This document shows positions 48,139-57,192 of a stretch of DNA of 64,000 nucleotides, one piece after another (position 1 is the first letter of the stretch; each line of letters begins with the position of its first letter). This DNA comes from a bacterium (GTDB lineage Bacteria; Chloroflexota; Dormibacteria; Aeolococcales; Bog-877): positions 91,446-155,445 of the forward strand of contig JAJYWQ010000064.1 of the NCBI GenBank assembly GCA_021791415.1. Direction: 5' to 3'. Made by a program: the position numbers and the translations under genes. The notes under the pieces were generated by a model. That model was not told the DNA's origin and made no database searches. It worked only from the letters and a program-made list of their open reading frames with translations.

Positions 48139-48788
48139 GCCAGCATCCTCGCCGTGCGCCGGCACGACCGGGTGAACTCCCCACAGCCCGCGGGGTCGAT
48201 GGGCTGGCCCCCGTACACGACCCGGTCGAAGTCCGAGACCAGGGGCAATAGGCTCTCCCGGAGCCCTGAGAGGACGGCCGCAGCCCGGAGCAGCTCGGAG
48301 TTGGTCCAGCTGGGCTCAAAGTGGAGAGCTGCCGATGCCGTCCCTGCCGCCACCACCCCCTGGAAGGCGGCCCGGACCGCCTCTCGCAGCCGCCCCTCCC
48401 GAGCCAGCTGTTCGCTCAGTTGGAAGAGGGCCTCCGGGGAGGGGCCCTGGCCCGATCGCTGGGGCAGCTGAGCCCCCTGGCCGGGGGGAGGGGGCAGCTC
48501 CCCCCGCGGCCGGCGCAGGACCAGCAGGGTCCCCGCCGCCAGGGCGGCCAGGAGGAGGGAGCCGAGAGCGATCCAGAGGTGGGGGCCCCCGGCCCGGAAG
48601 ATGGCGCCCAGGAGTTGTAGGAGCGCCTGGCCCAACTGGCCCAGGAGGGAGCTGCTGGCGGGATGATGCGTGGTGAGCCCACTCAGCTGGGGCTCCCGGT
48701 ACAGCCTCGCCAACTGGGCCCCCACCTCGACCGGGGACGGCTGCCCGGGGATCCGCGCGACGGGGCTCACGACTGGCCCACCCGGCAT
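48135..48788 (-). CDS. DUF4129-domain protein
   Basis: Membrane anchor followed by a DUF4129-like C-terminus ('RVVYGGQPIDPAGCGEF'). Confidence 0.55.
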   Translation of the reverse strand: MPGGPVVSPVARIPGQPSPVEVGAQLARLYREPQLSGLTTHHPASSSLLGQLGQALLQLLGAIFRAGGPHLWIALGSLLLAALAAGTLLVLRRPRGELPPPPGQGAQLPQRSGQGPSPEALFQLSEQLAREGRLREAVRAAFQGVVAAGTASAALHFEPSWTNSELLRAAAVLSGLRESLLPLVSDFDRVVYGGQPIDPAGCGEFTRSCRRTARMLA

Positions 48789-48798
48789 CGCCCCGCGC

Positions 48799-49737
48799 TC
48801 ATCCCTCCGGACCGCCCTCCAGGACCTGGCGGGCCAGGAGCTCTATGTCGAACGCCTCCTTGCGCACCCGCAGGTCGAAGTAGAAGAGGGTGAGGCCGGT
48901 GGCGAGGATGGGCGCCTCCAGCAGCGACACCACCAGCTGGCCCAGGTCCCGGACAGCCAGACCCAGCGGGGTGCTCACCCCGAAGGGGACGGAGAGCGCT
49001 CCTATCAGGGTGCCCAGCACTATCCCGATGAGAAGCTCGACGATCACCAGCGAGAGGATCACCCCGAACGCCCTTCCTACGTGCTGGGAGGTGAGCTCCC
49101 AGCTGCGGCGGATCGCGGCCCCGGGGGACAGCGCCTCCAGCACCAGCGCCGGAGTGGCGATCGAGAGGCGGGCGTAGGCGATCAGTCCGGCCACCAGGGC
49201 GGCCAGCCCGACGATCACCGAGAGGAGCACTCCCACCGCCTTCAGCACCGCGGCCAGGACCACCACCACCAGGACCAGCGCCACGACGGCGCCCAGCACC
49301 AGCCCCAGGATGATCAGCCCGAGCAGGACCAGCTGCGCCCAGCGCCGGACCGCGAATCGGTAGCAGGCGGTGGGGCTGGCCACCCGCCCGAGGAAGCGAT
49401 CGGCCACCGCCTTGGTGAAGGCGGCGGTCTGGAGGGGCACCACCACGGCGGCGGTCAGCACCAGAAGCACCACCAGGACCACCCCGGTCCCGACCAGGAA
49501 GTGGATCTCACTGTGCAGCTGAGCCGAGGTGAGCCGTTGGCCGGCAATGAGCCTGGGGGCGTTGGCCGGGCCGGCGAACACGGTGAGCAGGAAGCTGACC
49601 ACCTGGTAGGGCACCTGGACCACCGCGATCACCGCGAGGAACAGCAGGAAGTTGCGCCGGTAGAGGGTGAAAACGGTGTCCAGCAGCTCGGTGACCCGCA
49701 AGGGGCGCAGCCGGACCTCGGGCGGGGCGGACTGCAT
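48799..49737 (-). CDS. Multi-TM membrane protein (first gene of the MoxR operon)
   Basis: ATG at 49737. Roughly 8 TM helices. The upper part of track ORF 48799..50706 is an antisense artefact. Confidence 0.55.
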   Translation of the reverse strand: MQSAPPEVRLRPLRVTELLDTVFTLYRRNFLLFLAVIAVVQVPYQVVSFLLTVFAGPANAPRLIAGQRLTSAQLHSEIHFLVGTGVVLVVLLVLTAAVVVPLQTAAFTKAVADRFLGRVASPTACYRFAVRRWAQLVLLGLIILGLVLGAVVALVLVVVVLAAVLKAVGVLLSVIVGLAALVAGLIAYARLSIATPALVLEALSPGAAIRRSWELTSQHVGRAFGVILSLVIVELLIGIVLGTLIGALSVPFGVSTPLGLAVRDLGQLVVSLLEAPILATGLTLFYFDLRVRKEAFDIELLARQVLEGGPEG

Positions 49738-50316
49738 CGCGTGCAGCCTACACGAAGAAGGCCGCGGCGCTGCTATCGTCGCCGGGGTGGAGCCCTCCCC
49801 CCCACCGCCGATCCGGGCCGAGCTGGTCGAGAGCCGGAGAGCTCGTCCCCGGGCGACGGGTGCCGTCCTGGTGGCCGCGCTCCCGCTGCTGGCCCGGCTC
49901 GCGGTCTGGTGGCTGTCACGCCCCCGCTCGGGATCCGCTCCGGAACGGGGGGCGCCGGCCTCCCAGGTAGAGCGCACGGAGATGTGGGTCTCCAGGCGCT
50001 GGCCCGGCAGATGGAAGCTCCGCGTCGTCAGCACCAGGTGGATGGTGGCGCCCCCACCTCCTCGCGGCGGCAGCGCGGCTTCCTGGCTCCGGCTCCTGGC
50101 CCGCGGCGGGACCCCGGCCGCCGGTGGCCCCCCCTCCGATCTCCTCGGGTTGCCGGCGCCCACCGGGGCCGACAAGAGGCTGGGCTGAGGGCGCAGCCCG
50201 GGGTGACCGGGACTGACGTTCTCCCGGGATGCCGTCGCCGGGCCGTCACCGCTCTTGCGGACTGCCGCGATCGCTGTTAGGATCGCGGCGAGACAGACTT
50301 GCTCTCGTCCCTCCCC

Positions 50317-51465
50317 ATGTCTCGACCACTGAAATCGCGGCTGCTGCGCCTGACCGCCCAACTGGGTCTGTTCGGCACGCTGGTGCTGGGTGCGGCGGCG
50401 ATCGTGGCCCGGCCGGCAGGGGCCAGCAACATCGGGGCACAGATCGCTCAGTTGCAGGCTCAGGAGAGCGCCCTCCGCAGCCAGCTTGCCGGCATCCAGG
50501 GGCAGGCCTCCTCGGCAGCCCAAGAGGCGGCGGCCACCCAGCAGCAGGTGGCCGCCGCCCAGGCCAAGCTCGCGCAGGGGCAGGCTGAGCTGGCCCAGGC
50601 GAACGCCGCCCTGGCCCAGACCAACGACCGCATCGGGCAGACGCAGGCGCAGATCGTCCTGGACCGCACCCAGCTGGCTCAGCTGGTCCGGGAGATGTAC
50701 CAGCACGGTAACGCCAACAACCTCTCGACGGCGATCGCCGACAGCTCGGGGGTGACCCAGTTCTTCGACACCACGCTGCAGCTCCAGACGGTGGGTCAGC
50801 AGTTCAGCTCCCTCACCCAGGAACTCACCTCCGAGGAGGCCCAGCTCCGGACCCTCCAGGCGAGCCAGCAGGCGCAGCAGCAGAGGGTCACCGCCCTGGT
50901 GGCATCGTTCCAGGCGGCCGCCAACCAGCTCCAGGCCCAGGAGCTCAGCTTCCAGAGCCAGGCCAGCTCACTCTCGGGTCAGGCGGGTCAGCTCGCCTCC
51001 CAGATCCAGCAGCTCGCGTCCCAGATCCAGACCCTGCAGGCGGAGGAGGCGGCGATCAGCGCCTACGGCGGCCCCGCCAGCGCCGAGGAGGGGACCATCC
51101 TGAAGACCTTCCCGGCACCGGCACCGGCCTATCCGGACGGGTACCCCTGGGGTCAGTGCACCTGGTTCGTGGCCGGGCAGACCAACGTGCCCTGGCAGCC
51201 GCGAGGCAACGCGGACCAGTGGATCGGCGCGGACTACTCCATGGGCACCCCCTACGCCGTGGGCTCCACCCCGAGGGTGGACTCCATGGTGGTCTTCGAC
51301 CCCGGGGGGATCTACGACTACTACTACGGGCACGTCGCCTGGGTGGTGGCGGTCCTGGGGCCCACCACCTTCATCGTGGAGGAGGACAACTTCTACGGGT
51401 ACGGGCTGGCGGACCAGCGCGAGATCTACACCCTGCAGGGGGTCGAAGGTTTCATCTACGGTTAG
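50317..51465 (+). CDS. Secreted coiled-coil + CHAP-domain cell-wall hydrolase (second PcsB-like paralogue)
   Basis: Signal peptide. Long Q/A-rich coiled coil. CHAP domain ('GQCTWFVAGQ', 'GHVAWVVAV'). Confidence 0.75.
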   Translation: MSRPLKSRLLRLTAQLGLFGTLVLGAAAIVARPAGASNIGAQIAQLQAQESALRSQLAGIQGQASSAAQEAAATQQQVAAAQAKLAQGQAELAQANAALAQTNDRIGQTQAQIVLDRTQLAQLVREMYQHGNANNLSTAIADSSGVTQFFDTTLQLQTVGQQFSSLTQELTSEEAQLRTLQASQQAQQQRVTALVASFQAAANQLQAQELSFQSQASSLSGQAGQLASQIQQLASQIQTLQAEEAAISAYGGPASAEEGTILKTFPAPAPAYPDGYPWGQCTWFVAGQTNVPWQPRGNADQWIGADYSMGTPYAVGSTPRVDSMVVFDPGGIYDYYYGHVAWVVAVLGPTTFIVEEDNFYGYGLADQREIYTLQGVEGFIYG

Positions 51466-52311
51466 GTGGTGACTGCCTCCCCATCCTCGGTCGCCCACTC
51501 CCCGGGGCGGCCCCTTGTCCTCTACCACGGTGACTGCCCAGACGGGTTCGGCGCCGCCTTCGCCGCCTGGAAGGCGCTCGGAGATGGGGCGGACTACCGC
51601 GGGGTGAGCCACGGGGAGCCGCCGCCGGCGGTGGACGGAAGGCGCGTGCTGGTCTGCGACTTCGCGTACGACCGCGCGACGACCATCGCCCTGGCGGGAC
51701 GGGCGGCGGAGCTGATCATCCTCGACCATCACGTCTCCGCCCAGTCCGAGCTGGGAGACCTCCCCTTCTGCCACTTCGACATGCAGCGCAGCGGGGCGAT
51801 GATGGCCTGGGAGCACTTCCACCGGGAGCCCGCGCCCGACCTGCTCCGCTACGTTCAGGATCGGGACCTCTGGCGCAACGAGCTGCCCGAGTCCGAGGAG
51901 GTCTCGGCAGCCCTGAGGGCCCGGGACTTCGACTTCCAGACCTGGGATCAGCTGGACGTGGGGCAGCTGCGGGCCGAGGGCCGGGCACTTCTCGCCTACC
52001 AGAGGCGGACCGTGGAGCGGGTGGCGGCCCACGCCAGCCCGGTGGAGATCGCCGGGGTGAAGGTGCCGGCGGTGAACAGCCCGGTGCTCCAGAGCGAACT
52101 GGGGGACCGGTTGGCCCAGGGGCAGCCGTTCGCCGCGGTCTGGTGGCAGGGGGCCGGCGAGGTGGCACGATGGTCGCTGCGTTCCACCCCGGAGGGCATG
52201 GACGTCAGCGAGATAGCCGCCCGCTACGGCGGGGGTGGGCACCGGACTGCCGCTGGTTTCAAGGGCGAGCCCCCGCGGGGCGGGCGGGTGCCGGTACCCG
52301 AGCCGCGCTGA
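51466..52311 (+). CDS. DHH/DHHA1-family phosphoesterase (NrnA-like)
   Basis: 'LYHGDCPDGFGAAF', 'ILDHH' and 'GGGHRTAAGF' motifs. GTG start 1 nt after the upstream stop. Confidence 0.7.
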   Translation: MVTASPSSVAHSPGRPLVLYHGDCPDGFGAAFAAWKALGDGADYRGVSHGEPPPAVDGRRVLVCDFAYDRATTIALAGRAAELIILDHHVSAQSELGDLPFCHFDMQRSGAMMAWEHFHREPAPDLLRYVQDRDLWRNELPESEEVSAALRARDFDFQTWDQLDVGQLRAEGRALLAYQRRTVERVAAHASPVEIAGVKVPAVNSPVLQSELGDRLAQGQPFAAVWWQGAGEVARWSLRSTPEGMDVSEIAARYGGGGHRTAAGFKGEPPRGGRVPVPEPR

Positions 52312-52317
52312 GGGCTT

Positions 52318-53414
52318 TCAGGAGCTCCCGCTGAGCCGCTCCCGGACGTAGGCGTTCCCGGGGCTCCAACTTCGCGGCCCCGCCCGCCGAACCTCCTCCA
52401 GGGCTGCTCCCAGGCGACCCAGCTCGCCAAGCTCGAGGACCGAGATGGCCGGCGACAGCGCCGCGGCTCGCGTGGCGTTGGCGAGCTGCTCCAGCCCCCT
52501 CAGGGTGTCCGAGCGGGCCGGGATCACCACCGCCCGCCGACCGAGCGCCAGGAGCTCGGCCATCGAGCTGCGCCCTGCCCTGGCGACGACGAGGCGGGCG
52601 GCCAACAGGTGGCGGGCATACCCGGCGCGGTCACCGCCGGGCTGCAGGCGGGGGTGGCGCTGGGGATCGACATCGTCCCCCGGGAACACCCGGCAGCCGG
52701 GGAGCTCCCCCGCGACCACGGCGGCCTCCAGCCGGTCGAGGATTCGGCGGTTGGACTCCCTGAGCCGGCGATCGCCGCGGCTGCCCCCTCCGAGCACCGC
52801 CACCGGCGGCCCGGCGGCGGTTGCCTGAGCCGAGAGCAGTTCGGGCCGCACCAGCGCGGGCAGCCGCAGCACCGGGGTGGAGCCGAGCTGCTCCAGTCTC
52901 ACGCCGCGGCGGAGCTCGCCCACCAGAACCAGGTCGGCCGCGGAGTGCAGCTCGGCGGCGAGACGCCGGGCCCCTGCCGTGTGGCCGGGGCTTGCCAGGT
53001 CGTGGAGGTTGGCCATCGCCACCAGCTGGCCGGGAAAGGCGCGACGCAGCAGCGGGAGGAGGAGTGGGTAGCCGTGCACCACCAGGGCGGCCGGGCGGGT
53101 CCGGCTCAGGGAGGAGAGGAGTCGCTGGAGGTCTCGAGAGTCGATCAGTGCCTGCTGCGGGTCCGGTCCGCCCGCCAATGTGAAGTCCCCGACTGGGTGG
53201 CGGGAGATGCGGCGGGCGTAGGAGGCCGCCTCGGGAGAGGTCAGGAGTCGGACGGGGGCGCCGGCGGCCTCCAACAACCCCAGAAGGGCCAGCGCCTCGG
53301 TGAGCCGCCCCAGACCGGGGCGCGCCCGCACCAGGATCCAGACCGGCCCTTCTCGCAGCCTGGCCCAGATGGAGGCCAGGTCTCTCTCCGAGCCCAAGGC
53401 CAAGGGCACCTTGA
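52318..53414 (-). CDS. MurG-like glycosyltransferase (GT28 C-terminal domain)
   Basis: C-terminal 'ARLVVARAGRSSMAELLALGRRAVVIPAR' resembles the MurG donor-binding region. The N-terminal Gly-rich loop is absent and the start is uncertain. Confidence 0.5.
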
Positions 53415-53425
53415 GGCAGGTCTTC

Positions 53426-53944
53426 TCAGGGCAGGAGGTCGGCGGGCACCAGCTGCCCCGACGTGAGCTCGGGCTGTCCTCCAACCCCGATCCCGTCCAG
53501 GGGGTCCAGGTCGAGGAGGAAGGAGCGGCACCTATCCCGCTCGTCCGACTCGCCGAGAGCGGCGGCGCAGACCATCAGCAGGTGGAGGGAGCGCAGGAAG
53601 CCACGGTTGGTCTCGTCCTCCCACCTGACCTCTCCACTTCCGCCCCACCCGTGCCGACGGAGGCGGTCCAGGCCCCGGTGGTATCCGACCCGGGCGCAGG
53701 CGTAGCCGAGCACCGGGTCTCCCGCAAGGTACTCCGCCTGGCCCAACCGTGCCCACCCGTCCAGGAACTCGGGGTGTCGGGCGCACACCGACCGCAGCGC
53801 CGAGAGATCGCCGGGCGCACACCCGGCCAGCTCCCGCTCCGCCTCCTGACTCTCCGGAGGTAGAACCGTGCGACGGCCGGCGGCGATCTGGTGCCCGTGG
53901 CCGGCCACAGGGACCGAGCCGAGGGGACGCGGTGGGTCTGCCAT
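53426..53944 (-). CDS. DUF3151-domain protein
   Basis: 'YACARVGYHRGLDRLRRHGWGGSGEVRWEDETNRGFLRSL' matches the conserved actinobacterial DUF3151 core. Confidence 0.6.
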   Translation of the reverse strand: MADPPRPLGSVPVAGHGHQIAAGRRTVLPPESQEAERELAGCAPGDLSALRSVCARHPEFLDGWARLGQAEYLAGDPVLGYACARVGYHRGLDRLRRHGWGGSGEVRWEDETNRGFLRSLHLLMVCAAALGESDERDRCRSFLLDLDPLDGIGVGGQPELTSGQLVPADLLP

Positions 53945-53966
53945 CTGCTGCTGCCCTCTGGGGAGC

Positions 53967-54043
53967 TGGTACCCCGTAGCGGATTCGAACCGCTGATCTC
54001 CGCCTTGAGAGGGCGGTGTCCTGGGCCACTAGACGAACGGGGC
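53967..54043 (-). tRNA. tRNA-Glu (anticodon CUC)
   Basis: The reverse complement folds as a cloverleaf: 7-bp acceptor GCCCCGU/ACGGGGU, short D-stem, anticodon stem CCGCC/GGCGG with loop CUCUCAA, T-arm AGCGG-UUCGAAU-CCGCU, and an encoded CCA. Confidence 0.85.
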
Positions 54044-54064
54044 AGCGGTCGCTCGATGGCTAGT

Positions 54065-55864
54065 CTAAGCTCCCCGCGGTATCCCCGGCCGCTCGCGCGT
54101 CCCGGCGGCGGGACCCGGCGGCGCCGCCGGCCCCCAGATGACCAGGGCGGCCTCCACCAGGGCCGCGTGGCTCTGAACCTGGGGATAGTTGCCCAGCATC
54201 CTCCGGCTTGCCGGTTCGGCCACCTCGGAGAGCTGGCGAGAGGGGCCCGCAAGGCGTATCAGGGAGCGGAAGCGGGCCACGGCGGCCTCCCTGCGGCCGC
54301 AGGCCGCCTCCGCCGCCGCCGCCCAAAAGGATGGAAAGATGAAGGGCAGGCAGGGATAGGGGATCCCGTCCCGCTCCGGCCGGTGGCGGGCGACCAGAGG
54401 GAAGGTGCCCAGCTGGCCGAGCACGTGGTCCAGGGTGCCCGCCCTGCGGCCCCCCTCCGGTAGGGGGTAGCCGACCAGGTAGGCGGCCAGCGTCGCGGAG
54501 TCCGCGGAGGGCTCGCCGAAGGCCATGGTCAGCTCCCCCGACGGCCCCGTGCCGCGTCGCGCCACCGCCTCCTCCAGCTCACCGCGGGCCGCCGCCCAGC
54601 TGGCGGCGCCCGAGGCCTCGATCTTGCCGTGGCCGGCCAGGTCCAGGGCACGGTCCAGAGCCACCCAGGCCAGGATCTTGCTGTGCAGGTAGTGGCGACG
54701 GCGGCCGCGCACCTCCCAGATGCCATGGTCCGGCTCGGGCCAACCGATCGCCGCCGCGTCCGCCAACCGAGGGACCTGGTCCAGCAGCTGGGGCGGACAC
54801 CCCCCCACCTGCTCCAGCAGGTGGGCGAAGCGGCAGACCTCGCCCAGGGTGTCCACCTGGGCCTGCTGAGCAGCCCCGTTGCCCACCCTCACCAGCGCTC
54901 CGAGGTACCCGCGCAGGTGGGGCAGCGAGCGCTCGGGGGGAAGCGGGCCGCCGTCCAACCGCCGCACCGGCTGGGTTCCCTGGCGCAACAGCTCCGCCAG
55001 CCCTCGGGCCAGGTGGCGCGCTCCCTCCAGGTCGCCCCCGAGGGCTAGCGCGGTCCCGGCGTCGGCGTTGTCGCGCAGCCAGGCGTAGCGATAGTCCCAC
55101 GCGCGCGGGCTGCCCGGCCATTGGGGAATCGAGGTCACCGGGGCGGCCACCAGCAAGCCGCTCTCCCGATGCTGGAGGGCATGCAGCTGCTCCAGCGAGG
55201 CCGCCACCGCCTCGCGGGCCCAGCTGGGAGCCAGCGCCAGCCGAGCGCTGGCCGAGGGGAGCACGGCCCGCTGCCATCGCGCCGCCTCCTCAATAAGGGA
55301 GGGAACCTGGTCGCTGAAAAGCGGCTCCAGATCCGTGCCCAGGCGAAGTGTCGCTTTCAGACCCTCAGCGGGGACCTGGAGCGCTGCCCCCGGTTGGGGG
55401 CTGGCCGGGTGGATGTCCAGCCGGAGCGGTCCGCCGGGGCCGGAGGGCCAGGGTCCGGAGGGCAGGATGGCGCCGAAGGGCGCCGGGCGCCAGCCGGCTC
55501 CCGCCGAGGGGTCCTGGAGCTCCAGCACCGCCTCCAGGCCGGGCTGGCCGGAGAGGTGCCAGCGCACGGCCGGCCCCCCCGGCTCACCGCCGGCCACGGC
55601 CACCTCGAGCCGGGCCCTCTCCCCCCACCTGGCCACCATCACCCGGCCCGGTGCCAGCCAGCGGACCTCGGGGGCACCCCGAAGGCGGGGACGGATGGCG
55701 ACTGACACCCCCTGGGGGTCAAGGAGACGAGCCAGGCGCAAGGGCCCGTCGAAGCCGGGCGGGCTCCAGAACCAGCACCTTCCCCAACCGTCCACGAGCG
55801 CCGCCCCCAGCCCGTCCGAGAGGCAGAAGAGGGAGCGCAGCCGGGGGGCCGACGGGGGAGGCAT
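54065..55864 (-). CDS. Glycoside hydrolase family 15 (glucoamylase/trehalase-like)
   Basis: 'WDYRYAWLRD' GH15 signature and a long (alpha/alpha)6 region. Confidence 0.75.
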   Translation of the reverse strand: MPPPSAPRLRSLFCLSDGLGAALVDGWGRCWFWSPPGFDGPLRLARLLDPQGVSVAIRPRLRGAPEVRWLAPGRVMVARWGERARLEVAVAGGEPGGPAVRWHLSGQPGLEAVLELQDPSAGAGWRPAPFGAILPSGPWPSGPGGPLRLDIHPASPQPGAALQVPAEGLKATLRLGTDLEPLFSDQVPSLIEEAARWQRAVLPSASARLALAPSWAREAVAASLEQLHALQHRESGLLVAAPVTSIPQWPGSPRAWDYRYAWLRDNADAGTALALGGDLEGARHLARGLAELLRQGTQPVRRLDGGPLPPERSLPHLRGYLGALVRVGNGAAQQAQVDTLGEVCRFAHLLEQVGGCPPQLLDQVPRLADAAAIGWPEPDHGIWEVRGRRRHYLHSKILAWVALDRALDLAGHGKIEASGAASWAAARGELEEAVARRGTGPSGELTMAFGEPSADSATLAAYLVGYPLPEGGRRAGTLDHVLGQLGTFPLVARHRPERDGIPYPCLPFIFPSFWAAAAEAACGRREAAVARFRSLIRLAGPSRQLSEVAEPASRRMLGNYPQVQSHAALVEAALVIWGPAAPPGPAAGTRERPGIPRGA

Positions 55865-55916
55865 CCGCAGAGGGTATCTGCGCCCACCCGGGCCGTGCGA
55901 GGCCCTTGGCGGATGG

Positions 55917-57110
55917 TCAGCTGGGCATCTGCTGCAGCTGGTCTCCGATGCCGGCGATCTTGCTGGCCCAGAGAGGGTCAGAGGCGTAGTCGACGTTCAT
56001 CCCGGCAGGGGTTGGTCCGTTGTAGTACTTCCCGGTGGGCACGGTCCCCGGCTGCCCGGGGTAGTTGGGGACCTGGGACCCTGGGGGTGTGAGGTAGTAC
56101 ACGGAGACGTACCAGGAGACGAAGGAGATGCACGCCTGGTCCGAGGGGAAGGTGGCCCCATCGCCGAAGGGGTTGGCGTCGTAGGCCTCGAATCCGAAGA
56201 GGTTGTGCTTCTGGAGGTACAGCTGCGAGGTCCCGAACCCGGTCTCCAGAACCGCATCCGCGACCAGGTAGACGGCCGACACATGGTTGGCGGCCTCAGC
56301 CTGGAGGAAGTAGCTCGAATCCGCCTCCAGCGGGGTGCCCTGCAGGAACTCCTGGATCTGCTGGAGGGTGACGCTGCTGGGCAGGGTCAAGTTGGTGGTC
56401 GTGGAGAAGGGTCCTGAGGCCGGGGTGGGAGTCGGTGGCGGAGGCGGGGTGGGGGTCGGTGGCGGAGGCGGGGTGGGGGTCGGCGGGGTCGGTGGGACCG
56501 GCGTTGCTGGGGTGCCCGGCTGGGTCGCCACCGTGGGAGAGGCCGAGGGCTGGCGGCTGGACTGGGCGCTGGCCGGCGGCGCGGGGGGATTGGCGGCCAG
56601 GTAGGCGGCCGCGATCTCTTCGGCCATCAGGCGGGCCGCGGTCACCCGGGCCTGGGCCTGGCGGGCGACGAGGGTGGCCTCGTCGGCCTGCTGCCGGCGC
56701 ATCTCCACCCTGAGCTGGGCGATCGCCGCCTGCTCCCCCTGGGTGAGCCGGGACAGCACTATCTGGGAGTCCAGGGCGCTGTTGAGGGAGGAGCTGCCGA
56801 TGACGTCGAGCATTCCCCCGGAACTCCCGGTGTACTCGGCGGCGACGAGGGCCGCCAGTTGGGACCGAGCCCGTCCGATCTCGGTCCCTTCCCGGGCCAG
56901 GCGTCCCCGCAGCGTCTGCACCTGCGCCAGCAGGGTTTGCTCCTTGGCCCGGGCCTGGGCGACCAGCGCCGCGAGCGAGGTGACCCGGGAGGAGGTGGGG
57001 GTGGCAGCTCGCGCGCCGCTGCCCGGGGCAGCCGAGACCGCCAGAACCGCCATCGCCCCCGCCGCCAGCAGGGCAGCCAGCGACCTCCAGATCCTGGGTT
57101 TCCCTTCCAC
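55917..57110 (-). CDS. Secreted coiled-coil + GH73-like (glucosaminidase) cell-wall hydrolase with Pro/Thr linker
   Basis: Signal peptide and coiled coil. 'PPTPPTPTPPPPPTPTPPPPPTPTP' linker. C-terminal 'SAVYLVADAVLETGFGTS...NLFGFEAYD' resembles the GH73/FlgJ motif. Confidence 0.7.
   Translation of the reverse strand: MEGKPRIWRSLAALLAAGAMAVLAVSAAPGSGARAATPTSSRVTSLAALVAQARAKEQTLLAQVQTLRGRLAREGTEIGRARSQLAALVAAEYTGSSGGMLDVIGSSSLNSALDSQIVLSRLTQGEQAAIAQLRVEMRRQQADEATLVARQAQARVTAARLMAEEIAAAYLAANPPAPPASAQSSRQPSASPTVATQPGTPATPVPPTPPTPTPPPPPTPTPPPPPTPTPASGPFSTTTNLTLPSSVTLQQIQEFLQGTPLEADSSYFLQAEAANHVSAVYLVADAVLETGFGTSQLYLQKHNLFGFEAYDANPFGDGATFPSDQACISFVSWYVSVYYLTPPGSQVPNYPGQPGTVPTGKYYNGPTPAGMNVDYASDPLWASKIAGIGDQLQQMPS
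56435..56510. repeat. Tandem ~24-nt direct repeat (ggtggcggaggcggggtgggggtc x2-3) encoding the Pro/Thr linker
   Basis: Read directly in the sequence, inside the GH73 hydrolase gene. Confidence 0.5.
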
Positions 57111-57192
57111 GGGGCCAGATTCTGGCCGCGGGCCCGGAGATCCGAGCCCTTCGTAGCAGGGCCGATTCCGGTCTGTGACGGGAGATCGCGGA

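Noticed and set aside
53891-54463. 190-aa plus-strand ORF
   Set aside because: It overlaps the tRNA-Glu gene and the GH15 gene on the opposite strand. Arg/Gly/Pro-rich.
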